This document shows positions 48,704-61,403 of a stretch of 64,000 nucleotides of DNA, one piece after another. The DNA is from Mustelus asterias (lineage: Eukaryota): assembly GCF_964213995.1 (NCBI RefSeq), contig NC_135819.1:7564001-7628000 (forward strand). The letters are read 5' to 3'. Under the pieces are notes generated by a model. The model was not told where the DNA came from, did no database searches, and saw nothing but the letters and a program-made list of their open reading frames with translations. Both the position numbers and the translations under genes were made by a program. Numbering within the stretch: position 1 is the stretch's first letter; the number at the start of each line of letters is the position of its first letter.

Positions 48704-48921
48704 GTGAAACATGTATACCAGGTGTAGTGATGGCAGGAATATTATCATTCATCATAATCACAGCCTTTATCTTGTACTGGAAATGTAGAGGCCATAAAAG
48801 AGGATTATATAAAGTATACAAAGCAAAACCCAACAACAATCCACAGATCCCCAATGGAAGTGAACACCTTGAACTTGATCCATATCCTGATGGAAAAACT
48901 ACAAACGGATTTTACAAATAA
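48704..48921 (+). CDS. Gene A exon 7, transmembrane helix and cytoplasmic tail
   Basis: ttcatag acceptor; IPGVVMAGILSFIIITAFILYW TM; KRGLYKVYKA juxtamembrane motif; TAA; summed CDS 1737 nt is in frame. Confidence 0.92.
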
Positions 48922-49304
48922 AATGATTACATTCCCTTTCTTTGAGAAATTTCAAAGATCTTGGTGTTAATATTGTTACTGAGGGACACTGCTCATTGCA
49001 GTGTTAAAGATTATTCATGGTAATTAATGTACTAACTGTAAAGACAGCTCATTACTGACAATCCTCTGTATTGTTGGTCTATTTTTGAATTATTGTGGTT
49101 AAAATTTGACTTTAATTTCCACAAACATTGGATAGTCACCTGGACTGTGGTATCCAGATGGGGTCGGCACTGGTAACAAAAGAGCTCTGTGAAAGCAACT
49201 GGCTTTTCCACTAGCTGACATGAAGCCTAATCTACACCTGTTGTGACTGAACTAATTACATAATGTGTGCCATGTGCAATGCGATGCCCATATCCTGTGA
49301 AAGA

Positions 49305-49310
49305 ATTAAA
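49305..49310 (+). terminator. Candidate polyadenylation signal of gene A
   Basis: ATTAAA about 385 nt after the stop and before the next repeat; an AATAAA also overlaps the stop (48917-48922). Confidence 0.35.
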
Positions 49311-49604
49311 ATCAATTGCGCAAACAGATGAAATCAAGACTAGACACAAATTTTAAAATTGTCATCCTTGTGTTTAGATGTCTCCGAGACCTCGACCTTC
49401 ACTATCTTTAACCTTGTGATACAATCTGGAACTACAGGGCACAGCGTTAGAATAAGGAATTGCTCATATAAGATGGCAATGAGACAAATTACTTCTTGGA
49501 GGGTGGTGAATGTTTTGAATTTTGAATCATTGCCTGAGATATTTGAGATAGAAACATTTTAGGAGAGTTAGGGGTTATGGAGAACAGGCAGGAAAGTGGA
49601 GTTG

Positions 49605-52196
49605 CGGACCCAATTAGACCCAAGGTGGAGGCTGAGCTCGAGAGATTAGTATGTTTGGGGGTATTGGAACCAGTGGCCAAGAGTGAGTGGGCACACCCAC
49701 CATTCTTGTCATGAAGACTGACGGATCAGTGAAGCTCTGTGGGGATTTTAAAGTCAGCGTGAACTCTGACTTATGTGCGGATCAATATCCATCGCCCCTT
49801 ATTGAAGACTTATTTAGTGGCCTTGCTGGTGGTCAGAAGTTTACCAAAATAGATCTCTCACGAGTGTATTTGCAGGTGGGGGTGGCCGAAAGCTCTCAGC
49901 CACCATTAACCATCATCACCCAAAAGGGTTAGACCATATTAAACAAAGAGCAATGGATCAGATTTTGAATGGTCTCTCAGGAGTCCAATGTTACTTGGAT
50001 GACATCCTGGTGACGGGTTCCACAGACAAAGAACATTTGCGGAACTTAGAAGAGATGTTGAAGAGATTGCAGGAACATGGACTGCAGATTAGGAAAGACA
50101 AGTGTAAGTTTTTTAAGGACTTAGTCGAGTACTTAGGTCATGTTATCGATGGTGAAGGGTTGCATATAGCACCAAAGCAGGTAGCAGTCATAATGGAGGC
50201 GCCGAGACTGGAAAATGTGTCCCAGCTGAGGTCTTTCCTGGGACTCAAATTATTATGGCAAGTTTGTGCCTCTGCTGGTTGTTGATGAAGGGGAAGATGT
50301 GGCTGTGGGCGCCGGAGTGTGAAAAGGCTTACCAAGCAGCGAAAAAGTATTGAAGGAGTCCAGTGTCTTAGTCCATTTCAACCACAAGTTACCTCGACAT
50401 CTGACCTGTGATGCGTCACTGTATGGTAGGAGAGGTGATATCCCATGGGATGTTCACTCTCGAAGGCATTGGGCATCATTTTTGGCGTGACCAAGTTCCA
50501 CCACTACCTGTACAGCAGGAAGTTTGTCTTGCTGATGGACCACAGACAGCAGACCAAGATTTTGGGACCTCCATCTATGGCCGCAGCTCGGTTGAAGTGA
50601 TGGGCGTTTATATTGTCAGACCATTCATATGAAATCCACTATCGACAGTCAGAGCAACATCAAATGCGGATGCGTTATCCAGACTGCTGTTGCCATGTCA
50701 AAAAGAGATCCCAGATGAGGTTATCCAGATCATGTACTTTGCACAAGATGATAAGCTACCAATTACAGCTGCTAAAGTGAAACAAGTGACAAAAAACGAT
50801 CCCATACTGAGTCAAGTAGTCAATCCGGTCCACAAGGGGTGGACAAGTCAACTGAAGGCTCCAGAACTGAGACCATATTTAAGTCAACAGTGGAAATTGC
50901 CAGCGCAGGAAGATCGTTGACTGTGGGATATGCGGATCGTCATTCCCCAGTCCTTGAGGAGGAAGGTGTTGAAGCAATTGCACCAAAGGCACCCAGGGGT
51001 GGTGCGGATGAAAGAGGTGGTGCATAGTTATGTGTGATGGCCAAAGGTCGATGGCTGCATTGAGGAGAAAGCAGTCGTGTGCCAAGATCCAGAAGGCAGC
51101 ACTTGCATCGCACTGGAAGTGAGTCCACATAGGTTTTGCAGGGCCAGTAGCAGTGGCTGTAGTGGCCGTCAACGCACATTCATATTTGGTAGCACGAGCC
51201 TTCGGAGCGCTGCTCCTTCATCAGGTGGGCTCACCTGATGAAGGAGCAGCGCTCTGAAAGCTCATGATACCAAATAAGCCTGCTGGACTTTAACCTGGTG
51301 TTGTGAGACTTCTTACTGTGAACATTCATTGGGGGCTTCATGGGGGAGGGTCATTGATGCAAAGATTAAACCAGTTCTTGAGTGTGTACAGGAACACCTC
51401 CCCGTGCAACAAGGAAATGCTGCCCGGTGGCATTGATGTTTGGGAGACCTACTGAGGCCTGAGATGAGACAAGTGGCAGTGAGGAACCAGGAGGTGCAGA
51501 TGCATCATCGAGCTGAACATGCCAAGCTGAGGGCGTTTCAGAAGGATAAGTTGGTACTGGCTCCACACCAAGCGGTAAGGACCCCTACAAGTTTGGAGGT
51601 GCTTCGAACAGTGCCAGCAGAAGTACCAGGAGAGGAAGCCCTGGATAGCTCCTCCATCCACAGAGGGAACTAGGGACTCGACATTGATGGCTGATGACAT
51701 GCGGGAAGAGGGGCCACCTTTGCTGGCTTCATCCAGACCACGCTTGCTGGAGAGGAACCTAAGGCTGAATCCAGTTCCCAGGAAACAACCCCTATGGGAT
51801 TGTCATCCCCCCAGGATTGATCATGTCTGTGTAAAATGGATGTCAGAGTGGGGAACTGACTATGGACTGTATCATACTGTAAATATACTGTGGGTACCTC
51901 ACCAAGTATTTGTGTTATGTACAGAAAACAAAGTATAATTGTATGTAAATAGTTGAAGTATGCCATTGCTGTTATGGGGGAGATTTTTGTTTGGAGGGGG
52001 GTGTTATGTTTGTTGGGGCATAGCCCCTTTAAGGGAACGGGTCGTGTGATCTGGGATGTGGGGTAAGCTGCTTGGGAACCGCCCGGAGTAGACAGTCAAC
52101 ATTTGGAGTACGGAACGAGTAGATTGAATAAAGATATGTGCTTCCTGGCTGTGGAATAGATCTTGAAGAAATCCCTCAGTACTCAGAGATTTAACA
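49605..52196 (+). mobile_element. Decayed Ty3/Gypsy LTR retrotransposon (pol remnant plus 3' LTR 52002-52196)
   Basis: KTDGSVKLCGDFK, YLDDILVTG, LRSFLG, RNase H and integrase Zn-finger remnants; PPT GGAGGGGGG then TGTTA...TAACA LTR with AATAAA. Confidence 0.9.
51183..51320. mobile_element. Palindromic Penelope fragment with back-to-back hammerhead cores, nested in the Gypsy element
   Basis: ~94-bp palindrome centred near 51229; CTGATGA-AGGAGC/AGC/GCTCT-GAAA-GCTC; ACATTCAT at both flanks. Confidence 0.75.
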
Positions 52197-53172
52197 CCCT
52201 CAGCCTTATAACTTTCAGAGAGCTCTGCAGTCTTCTAATTCTGGTCTGTTGCACAACCCAATTTTCTTTGCCCTGCCATTAGTCGCTGTGTCTTCAGCTG
52301 CCTGGACATTAAGCCCTACTCCATGATGAAAAATTTGACTATGACCTGGAATTGCTAGTGAGCGCACGCACAAGTGTCATCTGTGTTCTGAGCTCAATTG
52401 GAGTGACTTTAGTTTTGGGTTTAAAGCGCATAGATTGAACAGTTTTTTGTCTGTTCTGTAGATTATCTCCATACCTGTGGTGAGGTTAATTATTGCAGCT
52501 GAGAAAATGGAAGAGAATTGGTGCAATGACATAGCTTTATTTGACCCCAGTCTTCACCAAAGTAGGATCTGACGGGGCTCCACGATGAGATTCTCCGGCC
52601 TCCCCGCTTGCAGCGTGCTTCTCAGTGGCAGGCGGTGGCCCACCATTGACTGGCAGCGAAATCTTCTGATCCCCACACTGTCAATGGGATTTCCCATTGA
52701 ATCTACCCCACGACGCAGGGAAACACACAACGGGGGTGTGCCATCGGCAGGAGCAGGGGATCCTGCCCGTGTGAACGGCTAGAAGATCTCACCCATATCT
52801 ATTGGTTATTTCATTGTTGTTTGTGGGAGCTTGTTGTACACAAACTGGCTGCTGTATTTCCACAGTAAAACAGTGAGAAAACTTCAAAAAACACCAGCTG
52901 AAAGAGCTTTGGAATGTCATGTGGTCATTGAAAGACATAACATCAAAGCAATTCTTACTCTTTCTATCCTAATATCTGCTAATGTGACTCAGTGATACAT
53001 TTTGTTTGAAAATTCTCCTGTGAAGATGCTGAAGAAATTTTACTACATATGTTATATAAATGCCAGTTATTTATACCACACAATGCACTGTTTCTGTTGC
53101 GGCATAAATATTGTTACTATCAATGTATATTTTCGAACAGTTGCATTTTTGAACTATCATCACTAATGTTTT

Positions 53173-53972
53173 CTGAGCATGTGCTGTGTATACTGTAACA
53201 TTTCATTAATGTAACTTCCATTGTCTCAAACAAAACAGAAAATGCTGGACAAACTCAGCAGGTCTGGCAGCATCTGGGGAGAGAGAAACAGAATTCATGT
53301 CCGTCTATCTGGTCTTTATTTTAGTGCTTTTATTTGATTCCATTCTATGAAGCTGTTTCTCTGCAATCTCTCAAGATATTTGCACAAATAAACTAACATT
53401 TAGGAGAATAATATAACAACTGTTTGGGCAAAATAGTAATTTTCATAGCCCACCAATGTGGTATATTTGAACAAATAAACTTGTTTTTGAAGAAATATTG
53501 CAATAACGTTTTGCTTTAATAGTGAATTAAGATCAAATGCAAATGCTGGATTAATTATGTTTTAAACTAATGTCTGCTCTGAAAGTAATTGTTCCCTCAC
53601 CCCTGTTTTCAATGTTCTTGCTCTCATCAGACCATCCACTGTCTCCCATTCGTGCTGTTGATGGTACAATTCCCTGAAGTCTAAAGGATCATGATATGTA
53701 CCCAGCATTACCCACTATTCAGCACCAGATCAGCTCACCCGTATTAAATTCATCATTGAGTCACTCTCCTCACCTAAAACCTATCTCGCCAGAATTTCAA
53801 GGATACCCATCATTCCTTCAGTTCTCTGAATGTCTTGCTGACCTACACTGTCTCAATGGCCTGGATTTTTCACCCATCAGGCAGATCTGGAAGTGGGCAC
53901 AAAATGCACTCCAAGCCATTCGTGGCCCGCGGAACTCAATTTCACGCTGGCTGGCCAATTAATGGGCAGCCA
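53173..53972 (+). repeat. Left arm of long inverted duplication
   Basis: Reverse complement of 58609-59412; both arms give the same ORF start MYPALPT. Confidence 0.95.
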
Positions 53973-55396
53973 TGTGAAACACACGCTGGGAAGGCGGAAC
54001 GCCACCAGGGAGAGCAGGAAAGGGCGGGAGTGGAGAAAAGGAAGGGTGTAGGCCGGCGCTTCCCATGTGCTCCCTCATGGGTTACAGCCACTGTGGAGCT
54101 GTCTCAGTGTGCTGCAGACCTGTGAATAATAAATTGTAATGGAAAAATGCTGCAAAGAGTGTTTAGGTAGCTCATTCAAACACAAACCCCAGTCCTCAAA
54201 GACCTGTTTAGTCAGTTTCTCTATTTCTCTGAATCCACTGCCCATAGTTAGCCGATAACAGTATATCTAGTCCAAAAATAAGCAATTGGAATTCCTTTGT
54301 ATAAACTGAGGTTAAAATTAATCTAATTTCCAAAACCACACTTCATCTTTGTGAGATTTGGTGACTGAACATCATGTTTATCTTGGATCTTTCAGTTTAA
54401 AGAACTGGCTGCCAGGATAGCCTGATAGTACACAGCAAAACTGATTACCTGCAGTAAATGAACCCCTCTGCCCATCACCGTAATGATTCCGCTTTTGAAT
54501 AACCAACAGCGGGAGAAATGAAAAGTATTGGGAGAGTTCAGTGAAAAATAGGGTCATCAGAGAAGTTATTGCATTGGTCTTTTAGCAGCAACTTTGCAGA
54601 ATTTGGCAAGTATTATCAAAATCTCCCTTTTTTACTGCTAATAAAACCTTGGATTTGCATCTTCCATTTATGTGAGTTCAAACAGTTTAAACTGCAGAGC
54701 CCAGGAAAGTCAGAGAATGCAATAAACAAATATAGTTCCAGCAAATGGATTGCTTGTAAATGGGTGATAGCAAAGTAGTGGAGATGTATTAGTGCAGTAA
54801 TATATCTGCGTCGGCTGTAACCATCATTCTTCCTAATTTTTTCAATATCGAATAAAGGAAGATCAGCTGTTTCCAGTCACAGATTTTCTAATGTATTTGC
54901 AATTCCATTGTGACAGGCGAGAAATTAGTGCAAATTGCAAAGGCCCATTTTCTGAATGCAAACCATTTCTCATGATCAGCTTATTGTTATAACTCTGCAC
55001 TGTCTCAGGGATAGCGTTCAACATGTGCAGGGCGGAGAGTCATGTTTTGGACAAGGAAATGGCAAAATGGAAGGTTAAAGATCTTGGAAAATTTCAATAG
55101 ATATTTCCTTCTGTTTTCCAAAAGCGGAAGGTGAAGACGGGTAAGAAATGACAGACAAAACTGAAAGGCTGTGTTTTGGTCATTGGGCACCAGACAGGAG
55201 AGGGTGTGGAGCAAGATGGCATTTGCCATGCAATCTATGTCACATCTAATTCCTGTTTACCATGTTCTTTGTAATACAAGATCAAATTTGAGCAGCAACT
55301 TGTTTTAATGTGGCAAAATGTCCCAAAGCATTTCACAAACGCTGGGAGAAATAGATACTGTACCTTCTTTCAATTTTCTTGTTCCTGTAATCAAAC

Positions 55397-55700
55397 CACG
55401 GTAGCACAGTGGTTAGCACTGCTGCCTCACAGTGCTAGGGATCTATGTTCGATTCCCGGCTTGGGTCACTGTCCGTGTGGAGTTTCCACGTTCTCCCCGT
55501 GTCTGCGTGGGTTTCCTCCAGGTGCTCCGGTTTCCTCCCACAGTCCAAAGATGTGCTGGTTTAGGTGCATTGGCCATGTTAAATTCACCCTCAGTGTACC
55601 CGAACAGGCGCCAGAGTGTGGTGACTAGGGGATTTTCACAGTAATTTCATTGCAGTGTGAATGTAAGCCCACTTGTGACTAATAATAAATAAACTTTACA
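55397..55700 (+). mobile_element. tRNA-derived V-type SINE with alternative 3' tail
   Basis: A/B boxes and core as in 19888; tail ...CTTGTGACTAATAATAAATAAACTTT (tail fragment also reversed at ~23470-23522). Confidence 0.8.
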
Positions 55701-56099
55701 TAACCCATAAATATGAATATTGAAGATGAGAAACAGCAGATCCAGGCGCTGCCTTTCAGGATAAAAATTCCACAGTGCAAAGGTCAACAAGGATCTACCT
55801 CCAGGGGGAGTAGGGTCTGGCGGGTGAGCCAAAGGAAAGGAGTGAAAGATGTGAGGAGCTGACAGAGGTAAGATTGGGTGAGACCATGAAAGGATTTGAA
55901 AATGATGAAGATTTTGAAATCAACGTGAAAAGAGGTGGGAGCTACTGAAGACAGGTGAGATATTTGAGGAGGACTCAGTTTGTCATACATTACAGCCAGT
56001 ACAAGCAGACATGAATGGGCATTCATGTGGATAACAGGAGGCAAAGTAGTAAGTGACTATGAAACAGGCAAGAAGATTGTTGCATTATAATAATTCAGA

Positions 56100-56445
56100 A
56101 GTCCTTGCCTTGGATACTCAGATGCTCTTTCCTAGGGTAGAAAAGTCAAGTACTAGGGGACATAGGTTTAAGGTGTGTGGGGAAAAGTTTAGAGGAGATG
56201 TGCAAGGCAAGTTTTTTACGCAGAGGGTGGTGGAATGTCTGGAACGTACTGCCCAGGGAGGTGGTGCGAGCAAGCACGATAGTTGCACTTCAGGGGCAAC
56301 TGGACAAATACATGAATAGGATGGGAATGGAAGCATATGGACTCCATAAGTGCATCCGGTTTTCGTTTAGGCAGACATCATGATCGGCGCAGGCTTGGAG
56401 GGCCGAAAGGCCTGTTCCTGTACTGTACTTTTCTTTGTTCTTTGT
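56100..56445 (+). mobile_element. CR1 3' end fragment
   Basis: LFPRVEKSSTRGHRFKV...FFTQRVV and TGTTCTT tail. Confidence 0.85.
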
Positions 56446-56749
56446 TTGTTCTGCCTAACAATGACAAATGAATAATTGGTAGAAAATATGACTTTTCCCT
56501 CCAACAGGGAAGGGAGGTACTTTCAAAAGCACATTGGTGACTTGCTTCAGTGCATTGTGTAAATGGTGCATACTAGAACCACAATGAGATGGTGATAGGA
56601 GGGTGGATATTGAATCAGCTTTGCTTGGAATTGGGTTGCGTTTCTTGAATGTTGTTCCAGTATTAATTTCAAGCACACTCCTGAATATATCCCTTCTGGA
56701 TGGTGGAGAGGCTTTCGGAAATCAGGAAGTGACTGCCCTACCATCATAG

Positions 56750-58290
56750 AATTGTAACAACACTGAAGGAGACAATTTTGCTCATCATGCTTGAATGCGT
56801 CATTCCCCTACCTAATTTCCTTTCAAATGCATCATTTGAACTGCTTCCACCACACACTCAGGCAATGCTTTCCAAAACCTAACCACTCAGTGCATGAAAA
56901 GATTTTCTTCATGTTGCATTTGCTTCTTTTGACAATTACTTTAAGTCTGTTCCATCTCATTTTCGATCGTTTCACAAGTGGGAGCAGTTTGCTCTGCTCT
57001 GTCCAGAGACATCATTATTTTCAATATCTCGATCAAATCTCCTTCTTGCATTATTTTCTACAAGGAAAAGAGTTCTAATTTCTCCAATTTATCTTCACAA
57101 CTGAAGTTCCTCACCCCGGGAACCATCCTTTTCTGCACTCTCGCCAATGCCTTCACGTCCTTCCCAAAGAGTGGCGCCCAGAACTGGATGCAATATTCCA
57201 GCTGAGGCCGATCTAGTGTCCTATATAAGATCAACATAACCTCCTTACTCTTGTACTCTAAGCCCCTATTAATAAAGCTAAAATATTGCGTGCTTTATTG
57301 ACCACCTTGCTCTATCCTGCCACCTTCAATGACTTATGCACATATATATCCAGATCCCTCTGCCCTCGCTCCCCCATTAGATTTGTACCCTTTATTTTAT
57401 GTTGTCTTTTCATGTTCTTCCTGCCAAAATTAATTACTTCACATTCCCTGCATTGATTTTCAATTTTCACTCATTCCATCAACTTGTCGATCTCATTTTG
57501 AAGTTCTACACTATCCTCTTCATAATTCAGTGCATCCAAATTCAAATTTTGAAACTATGCCTAGTACACCATGGTCTAGGCCATTAATATACATATCAGG
57601 AAAAGCAAGGGTCTGAACACTGACCCTAGGGAACTCCACTACAAACCGTCCTCCACCCAAAAAACATCCATTAACTACTACTCTGTTTCCTGTCACTCAT
57701 CCAATTCAGTATCCATTTTGCCACTGTTCCTTTTTATTTCCTGTTGTGTAACACTGTATGAAATGCCTTTTGGAAGTCCATATACACCACATCAACAGCA
57801 TTGCCCTCATCAACCCTCTTTGATGCCTCTTCCAAAAACTCGAGCAAATTAATTCAATATGATTTTCCCTGAACAAATCTGTGCTAGCTTTCTTTGATTA
57901 ACCTGCATTAATCCATGTGACTCTGAATTATTGTTTCTGGAAGTTTATGCACCACTGAAGTTAAACTGACTGGCCTGTAGTAGCTGAGTTTACCCTTACA
58001 CAACTTTTTTGAACAAAGATGCGACATTTGCAATCATCCCGTCCGCTGGCATCTTCCCTGAGTCCAAGGAAGACTGAAAACTTATGGCCAGTGACTCTGC
58101 AATTTCTACTCTCACTTCCCTCAGTATCCTTGGTGCTTTGTCCCTTTAAGAACAGGCAGCTAGTCCAATTCCTCCTCCTTATCAATTTTAAACCCTTTTA
58201 GTAACTGAATTTCCCCTCTTTCACCATGGTCTGGTAGTATTTTCTTTCTTGGTAAAGACAGATGCAAAGTATTCATTTGATTCCTCAGTT
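56750..58290 (-). mobile_element. Old degraded CR1 LINE
   Basis: Reverse-complement RT remnants (YCIQFWAP, VYMDFQKAF). Confidence 0.75.
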
Positions 58291-58608
58291 ATGCACATAT
58301 GTACATATGCATTAGGAGCAGGAGTATTTGGCACCTTCAGCTGCCTATTCAATAACTTCTACATCTTCTACTGCTTCTCCTGATTGCAACTTGAGGACCA
58401 GGGTCACAAAAGTTGGTTGACAGCTCTTTTATACCGAAACCTCATGGGATTCAGAAACTCTCCACTCATCACAACTTCATCCTATGAAGTTATCTTACTG
58501 TTCTGGCAGTTATCAGATAGGTCACCTCCATGTGTGAACTTCCACTGAGCCTGCCCCATATATGTGTCCCCACCCATTAACAGGATCAACGGTCCAGCTT
58601 TCAGATCC

Positions 58609-59412
58609 TGGCTGCCCAGTAATTGTCCAGCCAGCGTGAAATGACGTTCTGGTGGCTGTTGATGGCTCGGAGTGCATTTTGTGCCCATTCCCAGGCCTGC
58701 CTGATGGATGAAAAATCCAGGACATTGAGACAGTGTAGGTCAGCAAGGACAACAGGTGAATTCAGAGAGCTGAAGGAGTGATGGGTATCCTTGAAATTTA
58801 GGGCAATTCTGTCGAGATAGGTTTTAGGTGAGGAGAGTGACTCAATGATGAATTTAATACGGGTGAGCTGATCTGGTGCTGAATAAGTGGGTAATGCTGG
58901 GTACATATCATGATCCTTTAGACTTCAGGGAATTGTACCATCAACAGCACAAATGGGAGACAGTGGATGATCTGATGAGAGCAAGAACATTGAAAACAGG
59001 GGTGAGGGAACAATTACTTTCAGAGCAGACATTAGTTTAAAAACATAATTAATCCAGCATTTGCATTTGATCTTAATTCACTATTAAAGCAAAATGTTTT
59101 AGTACAATATTTCTTCAAAAACAAGTTTATTTGTTCAAATACACCACATTGGTGGGCTATGAAAATTACTATTTTGCCCAAACAGTTGTTACATTATTAT
59201 CCTGAATGTTAGTTTATTTGTGCAAATATCTTGAGAGAAACAGCTTCATAGAATGGAATCAAATAAAAGCACTAAAATAAAGACCAGATAGACGGACATG
59301 AATTCTGTTTCTCTCTCCCCAGATGCTGCCAGACCTGCTGAGTTTGTCCAGCATTTTTACACAATGGAAGTTATATTCATGAAGTGTTACAGTATTTACA
59401 GCACATATTCAG
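58609..59412 (-). repeat. Right arm of long inverted duplication
   Basis: Reverse complement of 53173-53972. Confidence 0.95.
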
Positions 59413-59415
59413 TAT

Positions 59416-59635
59416 CTGTCTGGGTTTCCTCCGGGTGCTCCAATTTCCTCCCACAGTCCAAAGGTGTGCAGATTCCGTGGATTGGCCATGCTGAATTTTC
59501 CCTTAGTGTTGGGGGATTTGCAAGGAAAATACGTGAGGTAATGGGGATAGTTTCTGGATGGGATGGTTGTCGGTGCAGACTCGATGGGCTGAATGGCCTC
59601 CTTCTGCACTGTGGGGATTCTATGACTCTATGAAA
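59416..59635 (+). mobile_element. 5'-truncated V-type SINE
   Basis: TGGGTTTCCTCCGGGTGCTCC core and TTCTATGACTCTATGA tail. Confidence 0.8.
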
Positions 59636-59866
59636 GCGCCAGGGGCGGCAGCCTGAATCTCAGAGTCTAAAATTCGTACACAGACACATTCCATTCTGGT
59701 CCCCACTGTCTCACTGTGAGTTTTAAACTCCTTATGGCAACAATGTTTTTCTTAACATGAGCCTTAAACCCATTGATGCTATGCCTTAAAACACTCTCCA
59801 CTCTTTCAGAGAAAGTGGGAAAAATAACTTTTAAAAGCCTGATTAATGGTGAAATGAAAGTACTGT

Positions 59867-59905
59867 TGGAATTTCTCACAGTAAGTCCCAAACTTGTCCC
59901 GGAAA
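59867..59905 (+). promoter_or_regulatory. Promoter module of paralog B: kB-like TGGAATTTCT plus degenerate GAS TGTCCCGGAAA
   Basis: Same order and spacing as the 4629-4666 module; about 125 nt upstream of the ATG. Confidence 0.55.
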
Positions 59906-60028
59906 GGTAATGCATTCCATCACAATGATCCATAACGGAATCTCTCTCAGAGACAGGAAGAGCTCTTTCAGTTTCAGACTACAGCCTGGGGGAACCGTGA
60001 GGAACCATTCTCTCCAAACTCCGCAATT

Positions 60029-60095
60029 ATGGATTTTAAACTGAATTCAGCGGTTGGATGTATTTACATTTCCCCGGTAATTTTCAGTATAACAG
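60029..60095 (+). CDS. ICAM/VCAM-like gene B exon 1 (signal peptide MDFKLNSAVGCIYISPVIFSIT)
   Basis: Homologous to gene A exon 1; phase-1 donor G|gtagga fits the acceptor at 61916. Confidence 0.82.
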
Positions 60096-61269
60096 GTAGG
60101 ATAAAATAAACAATGTCAATTCCTATTTGCATTATATTCAGAGTGGCTACACTTTGCCTGATGGTTAATTTGGTGGAATTTCCTATTCTGCTTAAATTCA
60201 GCATTGGGAAACATTACTTTGGGGATGTCTGATTTCTTCCAGCGATAAAGAACTACAAAGCCCCGCTCCGGCGAGTCCGGGGACAGGGGCTCAACACCGA
60301 CTAAAAGCCTCATTTGTGACTTTGACACATTCTGTGCTGCCATTATTTTACTAGTGTATAAAGCACTGAGAGCAGAGGCCGTTCCTCTGTACTCTATCGT
60401 TCAGCGATGGAATTGAGGGCAGAAGAAGGCAGACGGGATATGGGGTAGGGCCTGGGTGGGATTGTGGCCGGTGCAGACTCGATGGGCCGAATGGCCTCTT
60501 TCTGTGCTGTAGGGTTTCTATGATTTTTTAAGGTGCTGGCTTCATTGCTGTGCTCGGGGCGGATTCCTTGAACGGAGGTTCCACACTCACCCCAACTCTG
60601 GTCTTGTGTGGCTTTTGCTACCAAATAAACCCGTTGGACTTTAACCTGGTGTTGTTAAACTTCTTACTCAGTTTAGGAACAACAGGCCGGACATTTGACT
60701 CAATGAAACGGTCCCCAGAATATTTTATAAAATAACAAAGTTTCCAAGTGGACTTCGTCTTGCTGGCGGTTAGTGCGTGTTGTTACTGGCGTGATGCCAG
60801 TAACCAGCAGTTGTGCAGATCTGTACGAGGCTGCAATGAGGAACATTGAAGTGGGCGAAGCATTAGAGTTCAGTGATCATGCTGTCACACAAAGAATTCC
60901 TGGGCGCTTCAAAACAGGCCAGTGCCTCTGTCAATCACACATTCCTTCCTGTCCCTCCTACTGGGTAATGGAAACAGTATCCAGTTTAATAACACTGTTT
61001 AATAACACTCCTGTCACTTTGTGACATTTTACCATGATAAAGGCTCGATATAAATGCAAGGGTTTTCAGTATTGCTGTTAGTAAACTGAGCGGCTTTAAT
61101 CTGTGGACTGTAAGAATGTCACACTATTGATATAAAAGTGTTCCCTATCCCAGCCTCAGGCCGCACTCACCCGGAGGACAGATCTTGATTTTAGCCCATT
61201 TTCCTACTTTTTAAATGCTGAAATGCTAAGGGTGCTGAACTTGTCCATTCTCCTGTTGACCTCCTCTCA

Positions 61270-61403
61270 GTAAGAGTTTTAACAACACCAGGTTAAAGTC
61301 CAACAGGTTTATTTGGTACCAAATAAATCTGTTGGACTTTAACCTGGTGTTGTTAAAACTCTTCCTGTGTTCACCCCAGTCCAACGCCGGCATCTCCACA
61401 TCA
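61270..61403. mobile_element. Foldback Penelope terminal fragment with 13-bp TSD
   Basis: Near-perfect hairpin centred on GGTACC; TGACCTCCTCTCA at 61257-61269 and 61404-61416. Confidence 0.8.

Noticed and set aside
4730-48921. Assigning symbol ICAM1 or VCAM1
   Set aside because: Mixed domain features and tandem paralogs; orthology needs phylogeny and synteny
53696-53962. Duplicated small gene MYPALPT... (also 58601-58906)
   Set aside because: Copies differ by frameshifting indels after seven codons; no domain or splice support
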